Shown here: positions 28,645-37,309 of the stretch, in pieces
How positions within the stretch are numbered: the first letter of the stretch is position 1
Layout: every line of letters starts with the position of its first letter
IMG/VR virus record: IMGVR_UViG_3300028886_000029
Coordinates: 46,007-110,006 of that record
Strand: one strand, 5' to 3'
DNA from: a virus
Taxonomy: Duplodnaviria; Heunggongvirae; Uroviricota; Caudoviricetes
DNA: 64,000 nt
Notes under the pieces: model-generated
What the model saw: only the letters and a program-made list of their open reading frames with translations
What the model was told of the DNA's origin: nothing
The model's database searches: none
Translations under genes and position numbers: made by a program

Positions 28645-29562
28645 CTAAGCATCAACCCTTGTCCAACCATTTGGAATACCACTTGTACCTGTTTTTGATG
28701 ACCAATCGGTAGTTGATGGGGTGACAAATGTACCTGTTGATGTTTGGACACCTTGTACCCAATACATTGTATAATCACTTGCTGATATATCTGTGGCAAG
28801 ACATTTAATATAATTAAGATTAGTACAACCTTGGAACATACTACTATAACAATAATTTGCCAATGTAGTAGCAGGAAGTTCAGGCGCGGTGGTAAGGCTT
28901 GTACAACCATAGAACATACTACTATAACAAATCTTTGCTAATGTTGTTGCAGGTAACTGTGGTGCTGTTGTTAGACTTGTACAATCTTGGAACATACCAT
29001 TATAACAACTTTCTGTTAATGTAGTTGCAGGTAACAGTAGTTTACTTGCATCAGTTAAACCGGTACAAGCAGCAAATAAGATATAAAATGTATAATCACT
29101 TTCGAATGTGGTCAGTCCACTGAAATTAGTTGAGTTAATCAAAGACATTATATTACCCTTAACCTTGAATTGTGCAGTACTACCGCTGAATGTGTTATAA
29201 TAAGATGATGTGCCATATGTGGTGTTATTTCCACGGAACTGTAAGGTGTCACCTGACACAACTGATATACTTGGTACTGATGAGCCGGTATTACTTGTAA
29301 TGGATGTCCATGTCGCACCATTATCTTTACTATATTCAATGGTTTTAGTTAATGCGGTGTTACGTGCATTCCAAACAATATTACCGCCACCCGTTATCTC
29401 AAATGTAAGTGGTGTCTCAAGTAAACCAAAAGGCCACTTTTCTTTATTATAATCAACTTTGGTATTTTCCTCAGTATAAGATACCCAAGGCTCAAGATAA
29501 TTATTATTTCTTGCCGTTGTATATTCGGTAACTGTGTCAAATTTGTGGATGTATCTACTCAT
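28645..29562 (-). CDS. Tail-fibre paralog with LRR-like (BspA/DUF285-like) LPATTL-CY..MF..C repeat domain; start moved to MSRYIHKF
   Basis: Start MSRYIHKFDTVTEYTTARNNNYLEPWVSYTEENTKV aligns with the N-terminus of 36035..37309. Repeats LPATTLTESCYNGMFQDCTSLTTAPQ / LPATTLAKICYSSMFYGCTSLTTAPE / LPATTLANYCYSSMFQGCTNLNYIKCLATDISA. The track ORF's extra 24 hydrophobic codons are probably not translated. Confidence 0.65.
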   Translation of the reverse strand: MSRYIHKFDTVTEYTTARNNNYLEPWVSYTEENTKVDYNKEKWPFGLLETPLTFEITGGGNIVWNARNTALTKTIEYSKDNGATWTSITSNTGSSVPSISVVSGDTLQFRGNNTTYGTSSYYNTFSGSTAQFKVKGNIMSLINSTNFSGLTTFESDYTFYILFAACTGLTDASKLLLPATTLTESCYNGMFQDCTSLTTAPQLPATTLAKICYSSMFYGCTSLTTAPELPATTLANYCYSSMFQGCTNLNYIKCLATDISASDYTMYWVQGVQTSTGTFVTPSTTDWSSKTGTSGIPNGWTRVDA

Positions 29563-29689
29563 AATTAATTTAGTAATTTTACTTGTTATTATAATAATAA
29601 ATATTTTAACAATAAGGAAAATCATCATCCTCACGAAAAATATTCCTTATTATTTTTACCATTGTTTTTGTTTTTCTGCATGATTTTTA

Positions 29690-29697
29690 TATATTTG
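29690..29697 (+). promoter_or_regulatory. TATATTTG -7-like element
   Basis: TTTTTATATATTTGTAAAAAAG in the divergent intergenic region; near-identical to the motifs before 30988 and 32736. Confidence 0.3.
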
Positions 29698-29945
29698 TAA
29701 AAAAGTAAAAATATTATTATGAAAACATTTAACGACATCGGTTACCGTTATTGTGGGCAGTCTGTGTGTGGTGTACTTTGTAGTGACTAAAAACATAATT
29801 AAAAAAGAAAAATAAATTATGGACAAAACAGAAGACAACATTAAAATTCTTGATGGAATTGATTTCACAAAATATATTAACAATATTAAAAAAGGTTACA
29901 ATGTCCGAAATTTTTTTGATGCCATTGAAAACAGAAGCCCCCAAC

Positions 29946-29963
29946 TTTAAGTGGGGGTAGTTC
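29946..29963. other. GC-rich hairpin (GCCCCCAACTTTAAGTGGGGGT) in an AT-rich intergenic region
   Basis: CCCCCA/TGGGGG stem. Contains the stop of a 43-codon ORF (29820..29951). The C5 run is also where an alternate frame continues. Confidence 0.35.
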
Positions 29964-30114
29964 ACATAACACAGAAATAACTAATAATGACATACTTGAA
30001 GGTTATATTTTCAATTGGCTGTCAGAAATGGAACAAATTGAATATTTTGAGAAAAGATATCCTGAAAGTTTTAAGGTTACCGAGTATACACAATACATAT
30101 TTTGTTAGAAACAA

Positions 30115-30963
30115 ATGAGAAAAATAAACACATTGATAATACCTGATGTCCATTGCAGGGATTTTTGGAGAAAACCTGTATATGACACACTGTCTAATCA
30201 CCCTGAGTCCGATATAGTGTTTTTGGGTGATTATCTGTCACCATACCCATTTGAATGGGATGGTTACGACACATTTACCGGTACATGGGACAACAAATTA
30301 AGAAAAGAGTGTTTGGACAATGGTTTTGAATATCTTAAGGAAATAATTGATTTAAAGAAACAAAATCCAGAAAGAATCCATTTGTTAGTTGGTAATCATG
30401 ATGGTTGTTGTATTGGACCCCTTAGTGTTTGTGAATGCCGTTATGACTATGAGAACCAAGGAAGAAATATCAGTCTTTACTGTAAAAATCAGGAACAGTT
30501 TCAAATTTGTTTTCAGAAAAAAATAGGTGGTAAGGATTTTTTGTTCTCACACGCAGGTATAACTGACGGTTGGCTAAAGTCCCATGATTTAAAGGCTGAT
30601 AATATATGTGACTTTATTAACAACAAATACTTTTTATCATTTAAAGATGATGAGGAATACCTACAATTTTGGGCTTTAATGAAAGAAATGTCATATAGCA
30701 GGGGTGGTTATGACCGTTATGGTAGTCTAATATGGGCTGATGTAAATGAGCACTATTTTGAGTTGTCCAATCCTGATTTTGAAAGCAAATTGAATTATGT
30801 GCAAGTTTTTGGTCACACATATTTGAAAAATTTTGCCATTAACCTTAAAAACCAAAGATACTGTGTTGATTTGAGAACAGCTTTTTATTGTGATGACGAA
30901 GGTAATGTGAAATACTATGACAACAACGAAATTGTTCTTGATTATTTTGCTTTAAAAAAATAG
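30115..30963 (+). CDS. Calcineurin-like metallophosphoesterase
   Basis: IPDVHCR (DxH), FLGDYLS (GDxxD), VGNHDG (GNHD/E), FSHAG, FGHT motifs in canonical order. Confidence 0.75.
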   Translation: MRKINTLIIPDVHCRDFWRKPVYDTLSNHPESDIVFLGDYLSPYPFEWDGYDTFTGTWDNKLRKECLDNGFEYLKEIIDLKKQNPERIHLLVGNHDGCCIGPLSVCECRYDYENQGRNISLYCKNQEQFQICFQKKIGGKDFLFSHAGITDGWLKSHDLKADNICDFINNKYFLSFKDDEEYLQFWALMKEMSYSRGGYDRYGSLIWADVNEHYFELSNPDFESKLNYVQVFGHTYLKNFAINLKNQRYCVDLRTAFYCDDEGNVKYYDNNEIVLDYFALKK

Positions 30964-30968
30964 TTTTA

Positions 30969-30976
30969 TATATTTG
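30969..30976 (+). promoter_or_regulatory. TATATTTG (TAnnTTTG) -7 element 12 nt upstream of ATG 30988
   Basis: TTTTATATATTTGTAAAAAAAAAGATG. Confidence 0.4.
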
Positions 30977-30987
30977 TAAAAAAAAAG

Positions 30988-31566
30988 ATGAAAACAGTAC
31001 TTACAAGTGATTTTGAAAAAGAATGGACTACCTTTTATAATAATATAAGAGAGGTAGGTCTTGACAGGTTCTATGACATTGAGACACTGAAAGCACAATT
31101 GAAAATTGCGTCATGTGCCTTAAGTGATGACACAGGATGCGCATATCCTGGTGCGTTAATTGTTCACATTAATCTGATAACTGCGTTGGCAACAAGAATT
31201 GCGAAAATGATTAGTGGGACATTTAATATAAACACCATCTCATTGTTAAGGGTATGTTTGCTTATGCATTTGTCAAAAATAGAGATGTTTGAGCCTAATG
31301 ACAACCAATGGGAAATTGACAAGAGAGGTTTGAATTACAAATTCGCCGAAACTGAGGGTAAGTTGAAGTTCGGTGAGAGAAGTATCCTTAACGCCATGAA
31401 CAGGGGCATAACCTTGTCAGCGGAAGAATTTGAAGCTATCAGATGTCTTGACAAGGAAAATGAAGAAAAAGGTGGTAAATATTTTGAATGCGTATTGGCT
31501 ACAGTTGTGAGACAGGCAAACGAGCTTGCGTATGCCATTGAAAAGGAAAAGTACAAAAGAATTTAA
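30988..31566 (+). CDS. Hypothetical protein, possibly a divergent HD-like domain
   Basis: GALIVHINLITALATRIAKM ... LLMHLSKIEMFEPND loosely resembles the H...HD...D arrangement but with HL in place of HD. Confidence 0.35.
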   Translation: MKTVLTSDFEKEWTTFYNNIREVGLDRFYDIETLKAQLKIASCALSDDTGCAYPGALIVHINLITALATRIAKMISGTFNINTISLLRVCLLMHLSKIEMFEPNDNQWEIDKRGLNYKFAETEGKLKFGERSILNAMNRGITLSAEEFEAIRCLDKENEEKGGKYFECVLATVVRQANELAYAIEKEKYKRI

Positions 31567-31586
31567 ATTTTTAAAAAACATTTATT

Positions 31587-32429
31587 ATGAAGAGAATTTT
31601 TTGCTTTTTGGCCATGGTTATGGCGATGTTTACAGTAAACAGTTGTTCTTTGTCAACTGTTGATGGTGATGAGGAAGGTGTGTTTATCATGAAGCCCATG
31701 TTTTTCGGACATGGTGGTGTTCAGGAAAGGGCACTTACGCAAGGTTCGGAGTGGAGAGTATGGACAACAAGTTTTGTCAGGTACAAGAAAATCCCTGTCA
31801 AATATACCGAACAGTTTGATGATGTTTTCTGTGATGACAACACACCACTTGATTTGAGCGCGCATATCACACTTAAAATTAAGGACGGTAAGTCACCGAT
31901 TCTACACAAGAATTACGGTACTGATTGGTATAACAATAATGTTAAAGAAAATTTCAGAGAAATTGTTAGAAACTTTATCAGTACATACAATATGTATACA
32001 CTTGTTTCTGATAGGGAAGTATATGACCAAGTAAAACTTGATATTACTCAGAAGATGCAAGCATATTTTGACAAACTTAACGGTATCGCTGAATTTCCAA
32101 TTGAGATTGTGAACGTTGTTGTGGACAAGGCTAAGCCGAACGATATGGTTCTTGAGGAACTTAACAAGACCGCTGCCATGGCTCAGCAGAAAATCACTCA
32201 GGAAAGACAACAGGAAATGGAGGAGCAACGTGCCATTACCGAACAAAAAAGGGCTTATGCTGATAAGTCATATATGAACTCAATGGGATTGTCCTCTGAC
32301 GCTTTTATCAAACTAAGATATGCTGAGATTGAGTTGGAGAAAGTTGAGATGATTAAGAACAAGGAAAATGTGAATGTGGATGTTCTTCTTGGCAATTCCA
32401 CACAAATGTGGGACATTAAGCAAAAGTAA
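31587..32429 (+). CDS. SPFH/band-7 (stomatin/HflKC-like) lipoprotein
   Basis: Lipoprotein signal MKRIFCFLAMVMAMFTVNSC. C-terminal LEELNKTAAMAQQKITQERQQEMEEQRAITEQKRAYADK is typical of SPFH coiled-coil tails. Confidence 0.55.
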   Translation: MKRIFCFLAMVMAMFTVNSCSLSTVDGDEEGVFIMKPMFFGHGGVQERALTQGSEWRVWTTSFVRYKKIPVKYTEQFDDVFCDDNTPLDLSAHITLKIKDGKSPILHKNYGTDWYNNNVKENFREIVRNFISTYNMYTLVSDREVYDQVKLDITQKMQAYFDKLNGIAEFPIEIVNVVVDKAKPNDMVLEELNKTAAMAQQKITQERQQEMEEQRAITEQKRAYADKSYMNSMGLSSDAFIKLRYAEIELEKVEMIKNKENVNVDVLLGNSTQMWDIKQK

Positions 32430-32435
32430 AATATA

Positions 32436-32669
32436 TTGATTATGTTTTGGATTGTTCTTTTTATTGTTATTTTGATTGTGGGGTGTTTTACCACATGGCA
32501 CTATGCTGAGCACCATGAGTTACATAAGGTGAGAGCGGAGTTCGAACATCGTTTGGTTGACTTGGGACCAAGTAGCAGATTCAGACAGGGACTTGAACTT
32601 GCTGAACATGTTGTTGAGGAAATGGACAAGGACTTTAACGGTGACTATGTTGAAAATGTCTCAGAATAA
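32436..32669 (+). CDS. Small single-TM membrane protein (possible NfeD-like partner of the SPFH protein)
   Basis: MIMFWIVLFIVILIVGCF hydrophobic N-terminus; immediately downstream of the SPFH gene. Confidence 0.35.
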   Translation: MIMFWIVLFIVILIVGCFTTWHYAEHHELHKVRAEFEHRLVDLGPSSRFRQGLELAEHVVEEMDKDFNGDYVENVSE

Positions 32670-32692
32670 TCTGAGACATTTTTGTTTTTCGG
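32655..32692 (+). terminator. Rho-independent terminator
   Basis: ATGTCTCAGAATAATCTGAGACAT hairpin followed by TTTTGTTTTT. Confidence 0.55.
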
Positions 32693-32703
32693 CACGATTT
32701 TTG

Positions 32704-32711
32704 TATATTTG
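32704..32711 (+). promoter_or_regulatory. TATATTTG -7 element upstream of 32736
   Basis: TTTTGTATATTTGTAATTGTAACAAAAGTAAAAAAACATG. Confidence 0.4.
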
Positions 32712-32735
32712 TAATTGTAACAAAAGTAAAAAAAC

Positions 32736-32960
32736 ATGAAAACATTTACACTTGACGCGTTTAAAGAAACACTTATTAATAACAGTGAGTTTAAAAATGA
32801 CATTATCTCTCATCAGGATTTCATTGATTTGGACAATGGCGTTATGAGAATTTATTCAGAAAATGTCAACAAGTACCTTGAGAAGTACTCATGCAAAAAC
32901 ATAGAAGACCTTGAGGATACTTTGTATTATGACTACGGTATTTTTTGTCAGGTTATTTAA
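32736..32960 (+). CDS. Small hypothetical protein
   Basis: 74-aa ORF. Confidence 0.35.
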   Translation: MKTFTLDAFKETLINNSEFKNDIISHQDFIDLDNGVMRIYSENVNKYLEKYSCKNIEDLEDTLYYDYGIFCQVI

Positions 32961-32970
32961 AGAAAAAAAA

Positions 32971-34164
32971 ATGAAAGCATCAGATTTAATTGATTTTACC
33001 AATTGTTCTATAAATTGGGAAGCGGTAGAGCAGGTTCCTGAATTTGCCGTTTTGAAAAACTGTGAGCAAAATCCTAAATGGCATAGTGAAGGCGATGTCA
33101 TGACACATACTATGAAGGTTTGTGATGTTGTCATTGACATGATACTAAATTGGAGGGGAAGATGTTTAGCCGCTGAGATTGAGGACGCTGATGTTCTTTT
33201 GACTGCCGCCCTTTTTCATGACATCGGTAAAGGCGTAACCACAAAAATAGGTAAGGATGGTAATTGGCACAGTTATGGTCACGAATTTGAGGGTGAGAAA
33301 ATAACAAGAAGATTGTTATGGGATGAGGATTTGTCTTTTAGGGAAAAAGTATGCGCGTTAGTTAAATACCACATGCTTCCACTTAATATAATCAAACATA
33401 AGAACTATATAGAGGAGATTATAAGGTTGTCTTGTCAAGTCAATCTGTTGCAACTATATAGACTTAAATATGCTGACTGTATGGGGTCTGAACATAGTTC
33501 TGAAATCAAGTGCGATGAAATGAGAATTTTAAACCATTTCACTAGGTTGGTTGATTTTTTAAAACTTTCAGAGACTAAGCCATATTTTTGTAACAAGTAT
33601 CTTTTTAATCTTAATGATTATGAACTTAACATCAAAAAACCAAGTGTTAATTTGTTCATGATGATTGGTTTGCCTGGTTCAGGAAAAAACACCCTTATTG
33701 ATGATTTGTTTGATGATAATAAAACAATAACGTTGTATGACGGTGATGAGTTTCTATATAGGTTCCAAGAAGGGAAGACTGAAATCCTGTCAAGGGATGA
33801 TATTAGAGCAGAATTGGGATTTTGCGCTGATGGTCAAAAAATTGTCGGCACAAAGGAACAGGAAGATAAGGTAACCGAAATTTTCAACCAAAGAATGTTA
33901 CATGCGGCATCATGTGGCCATGATATTGTTATCAATAACATAAACCTTAAAAAGAAATACAGGGAAGAAATAGTTAACACACTCTCAAAAGAGTATAACG
34001 TTATAACCGATTACTTATATGTTGAGGCTAAGGGTATCGAAAAAAACATTGAAAGAAGAAAAAATGACGGTTTCAGTAAAGAGACATTTGAAAAAATGAT
34101 TGAGAACTTTGACTGGCCAGATTTTTTTGAGTGTGGTAATAATTTATACATTTTTAGAAATTAA
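32971..34164 (+). CDS. Bifunctional HD-domain phosphohydrolase / P-loop (AAA_33, polynucleotide-kinase-like) kinase; start moved to MKASDL
   Basis: N-terminal domain: HSEGDVMTHT...ALFHDIGKG...GH...KYHMLP (HD motifs as in CCA-enzyme/cyclic-phosphodiesterase HD domains). C-terminal domain: MMIGLPGSGKNTLIDDLF Walker A. Confidence 0.6.
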   Translation: MKASDLIDFTNCSINWEAVEQVPEFAVLKNCEQNPKWHSEGDVMTHTMKVCDVVIDMILNWRGRCLAAEIEDADVLLTAALFHDIGKGVTTKIGKDGNWHSYGHEFEGEKITRRLLWDEDLSFREKVCALVKYHMLPLNIIKHKNYIEEIIRLSCQVNLLQLYRLKYADCMGSEHSSEIKCDEMRILNHFTRLVDFLKLSETKPYFCNKYLFNLNDYELNIKKPSVNLFMMIGLPGSGKNTLIDDLFDDNKTITLYDGDEFLYRFQEGKTEILSRDDIRAELGFCADGQKIVGTKEQEDKVTEIFNQRMLHAASCGHDIVINNINLKKKYREEIVNTLSKEYNVITDYLYVEAKGIEKNIERRKNDGFSKETFEKMIENFDWPDFFECGNNLYIFRN

Positions 34165-34219
34165 CTATGGACAGTTTAAATACAGAATGATTTATTCCGA
34201 AGATTTTTATTAATGAAAA

Positions 34220-34227
34220 TATTTTTG
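34220..34227 (+). promoter_or_regulatory. TATTTTTG -7-like element upstream of 34271
   Basis: ATATTTTTGTTTATTTGTAAAAAAAAAATG. Confidence 0.3.
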
Positions 34228-34270
34228 TTTATTTGTAAAAAAAAAATGAGTACAATTAAAATTTTGAAAC

Positions 34271-35488
34271 ATGACAATTGACTATCTTAGAGAAAATAAC
34301 CTAATCGCATACGAATATATTAGAGGTTCACATGCATATGGTACATTTACTGAAACCAGTGACAAGGACATTGGTGGCGTTTTTATTTGCCCTGAGACCG
34401 ATTTGTACGGTTTAAGAGACAAATATGTTGAACAAGTCAATGATGAAAAATCTGATGTCGTTTTTTATGAGTTGGGAAGGTGGGTTGAGTTACTTCTTAA
34501 ATCAAACCCCACATCCATGGAGTCATTGTTTATTCCTGATGATTGCATTATAGGTGATATACATCCTGCCGTGCAACATATTCTTAATCATAAGGAAGCC
34601 TTTTTAACTAAACAATGCCTCAATCCTATTTTGGGATACGCGTTTCAACAACTGCAAAAAGCAAGTGGATATAACAAGAAATGTAACATACCTGAGGATT
34701 TCCAAAGAAAAGATATTCTTGATTTTTGTTATACCTTTAAAAATCAAGGTAGCCAACCAATAAAGGAATTTCTTGATGAATACCATCTTGACCAAAGATA
34801 TTGTGGCCTTGTTAACATACCCAACATGAAAGACACCTATGGTGTGTACTATGATTTTGCTGCTTATTTTAAATTTGAGGGTATTGATTGGTACTGCGCT
34901 GATTTTCAGATTGAAGGTGTTAAGTATCCTTTTTGTAGAATAATTGGTGAAGGTATGGACAAACAGTCCATCATAGACAGAATCAACAATAAAGAGTTTT
35001 TCCATTACTCAGGTATTGTTTATCCGGATGAGATTACCAAATCAAATGAGGTTAGATTGTCATCAATACCTAAGGGTGAACTGCCCATTTGTTATATGGT
35101 ATATAATAAGGACGCATATACCAAACACTGTAAAGATTACAAGGATTGGACAGAGTGGAAAAAACATAGAAATCCTGTGAGATATGAAAACAATAGAGGT
35201 TATAACTATGACAGCAAAAACTTCCTTCACATGATTAGACTAATGGAAATGGGTGTTGAACTTGCTGAGGGTAAGGGATTTAATGTCAGAAGAACAGGTG
35301 ATGATGTCAAACACCTTCTTGCCATAAGAAATCATGAGTTCTCTTACGATGAGGTGATGGCTGAGGCGACATTGTTAAAAAACAAGTTTGATGAAGCCGT
35401 GAAAACAACAAAACTTCCAAGTGAAATTAATGTTGACTTCGTTAATAATCTTTTGCTGGAAGCAAGAAAAATAGCATACAAAAAATAA
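34271..35488 (+). CDS. Pol-beta-superfamily nucleotidyltransferase, RlaP-like (RNA-ligase-associated predicted NTase)
   Basis: YIRGSHAYGTFTETSDKDIGGVFICP matches the GS..YG....SDxD NTase signature at the N-terminus of a ~400-aa protein. Confidence 0.55.
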   Translation: MTIDYLRENNLIAYEYIRGSHAYGTFTETSDKDIGGVFICPETDLYGLRDKYVEQVNDEKSDVVFYELGRWVELLLKSNPTSMESLFIPDDCIIGDIHPAVQHILNHKEAFLTKQCLNPILGYAFQQLQKASGYNKKCNIPEDFQRKDILDFCYTFKNQGSQPIKEFLDEYHLDQRYCGLVNIPNMKDTYGVYYDFAAYFKFEGIDWYCADFQIEGVKYPFCRIIGEGMDKQSIIDRINNKEFFHYSGIVYPDEITKSNEVRLSSIPKGELPICYMVYNKDAYTKHCKDYKDWTEWKKHRNPVRYENNRGYNYDSKNFLHMIRLMEMGVELAEGKGFNVRRTGDDVKHLLAIRNHEFSYDEVMAEATLLKNKFDEAVKTTKLPSEINVDFVNNLLLEARKIAYKK

Positions 35489-35494
35489 AAGCAT

Positions 35495-35944
35495 ATGGAT
35501 ATTTTAGAGAAAAAAGAAATTAAGGAAATAATGGAGAAAATAGAAAATTTGACTCCATGGGACAAAGCCGACTTTTTAGATGTGTTAACTGACAACATCA
35601 TTGATGATTATGAGTTTGACGAACAAACCACATTAAAAGAACGCGGTTATCTTAACGTGAATGATACTGACGAAATCGAAGATTACATCAAAGAAAACTA
35701 TACCGATGGTGAATTGCTTGATTTGGTTAATTCTGACTACGATGTAGTCGAATATGTGTTGAGTAATGGCCTTGCGTCTGATGTTTTCGATGAACTTGAT
35801 GCTGATGACATTGTGGATTTGGTTTCGAAAAAAAGACATGGTGTTGGTGACTGTCTTGACGAATTATTCGACAACTACAAGACAAGAGAAGAAGCTGTGG
35901 ACTGGCTTTCTAAAAGAATAGAGAGGACTTTTTTGAAGGACTAA
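35495..35944 (+). CDS. Highly acidic hypothetical protein (possible DNA-mimic/anti-restriction-type protein)
   Basis: 149 aa with very high Asp/Glu content throughout. Confidence 0.4.
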   Translation: MDILEKKEIKEIMEKIENLTPWDKADFLDVLTDNIIDDYEFDEQTTLKERGYLNVNDTDEIEDYIKENYTDGELLDLVNSDYDVVEYVLSNGLASDVFDELDADDIVDLVSKKRHGVGDCLDELFDNYKTREEAVDWLSKRIERTFLKD

Positions 35945-36034
35945 AAGTTTTAAAAAAACCAAAGAATATTTTTCGTGAGAGTAGTGATTTTTCCTTATTA
36001 TTGTAATATTTAATATTATAATAATAAGGAAAAA

Positions 36035-37309
36035 TTGTTAAATTATATGGGAGAAGTAAAAGAATACATCCATTTATTTGAAACTGAAAACGAATATAAT
36101 ACAAAAAGAAATTTTGATTATCTTGAGCCTTGGGTAAGTTATACTGAGGATAACACCAAGGTTAATTATAATATGACTGAGGAAGAAAGAAAATTCTCAA
36201 CACCGCTTACATTTGAAATAACAGGTGATGGTGATATTTATTGGAAAGCAAAATCAGATAACAGTTTACGAACAATAGAATACAAAAAAAACGATGAGGA
36301 TTGGGTAACAATCACCTCAAGCACTGGTGGTACCTCTATCACGGTGTCGTCAGGCGATACAGTGCTTTTTAGAGCACCGCAAGGTGTTACATATACAACA
36401 TTAAGTGACACATATGAAAAAGCTAATTTTTTTAGCGGTTGTACTTGCACTTTCAACGTTAAAGGTAATGTTATGTCACTGCTTGACGCAAATAATTTCA
36501 GCACGATGTCCTCGTTGACAGCTTCCTTGGTTTTTACTTGTTTGTTCAGGTATTGTACGGGTTTGACTGATGCAAGTAAACTTATTTTACCGGCAGATAA
36601 CTTGACCGTTGAATGTTATAGGGAAATGTTCGCAAATTGTTCAAACCTTGTTGGTGTGCCTAAACTACCTGCAATGAACCTCGGTGAAGGTTGTTACAAC
36701 GGTATGTTCCATGATTGTACAAATCTTACCACAGTACCTGAACTACCTGCGACAACATTAGCAAGTAACTGTTATGATTTTATGTTTGCGTCTGACACTG
36801 GTTTAACTGACGCAAGTGGGTTAGTATTACCTGCAACAACATTAGCAAATAATTGTTATAGTCAGATGTTCAGGGGTTGTACAAGTCTAACAACAACACC
36901 TGAATTACCTGCGACCACATTAGCTAATAGATGTTATTATTATATGTTCAGGGAATGTACAGGCTTAACCACTGCACCTGAGTTACCTGCGACTACATTA
37001 GCTGATGGTTGTTATTATAGGATGTTCTATGGTTGCACAAGTCTTACAACCGCACCTGAGTTACCTGCAACAACATTAGTAAATGAATGTTATAGAGGTA
37101 TGTTCGGATGGTGTACTGAACTTAATTATATTAAATGTCTTGCTACTGATATATCAGCAACTGATTGTACATTGGATTGGGTAGAAAGTGTGGCATCATC
37201 AGGTACATTTGTTGCGGCAAATGACGGTGTTGATTGGACAATAGGTGTTAACGGTATACCTGTTAATTGGAATAGAATAAATGAAAAATCCCAACCTTTA
37301 ACATTTTAG
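36035..37309 (+). CDS. Tail-fibre paralog with LRR-like LPATTL repeat domain (7 repeats); ends at an in-frame TAG
   Basis: Domain GNVMSL...LPADNLTVECYREMFANCSNL.../LPATTL...CY..MF..C..L.../NYIKCLATDISA...GIPVNW shared with 28645..29562 and both copies in the giant fibre. Confidence 0.65.
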   Translation: MLNYMGEVKEYIHLFETENEYNTKRNFDYLEPWVSYTEDNTKVNYNMTEEERKFSTPLTFEITGDGDIYWKAKSDNSLRTIEYKKNDEDWVTITSSTGGTSITVSSGDTVLFRAPQGVTYTTLSDTYEKANFFSGCTCTFNVKGNVMSLLDANNFSTMSSLTASLVFTCLFRYCTGLTDASKLILPADNLTVECYREMFANCSNLVGVPKLPAMNLGEGCYNGMFHDCTNLTTVPELPATTLASNCYDFMFASDTGLTDASGLVLPATTLANNCYSQMFRGCTSLTTTPELPATTLANRCYYYMFRECTGLTTAPELPATTLADGCYYRMFYGCTSLTTAPELPATTLVNECYRGMFGWCTELNYIKCLATDISATDCTLDWVESVASSGTFVAANDGVDWTIGVNGIPVNWNRINEKSQPLTF

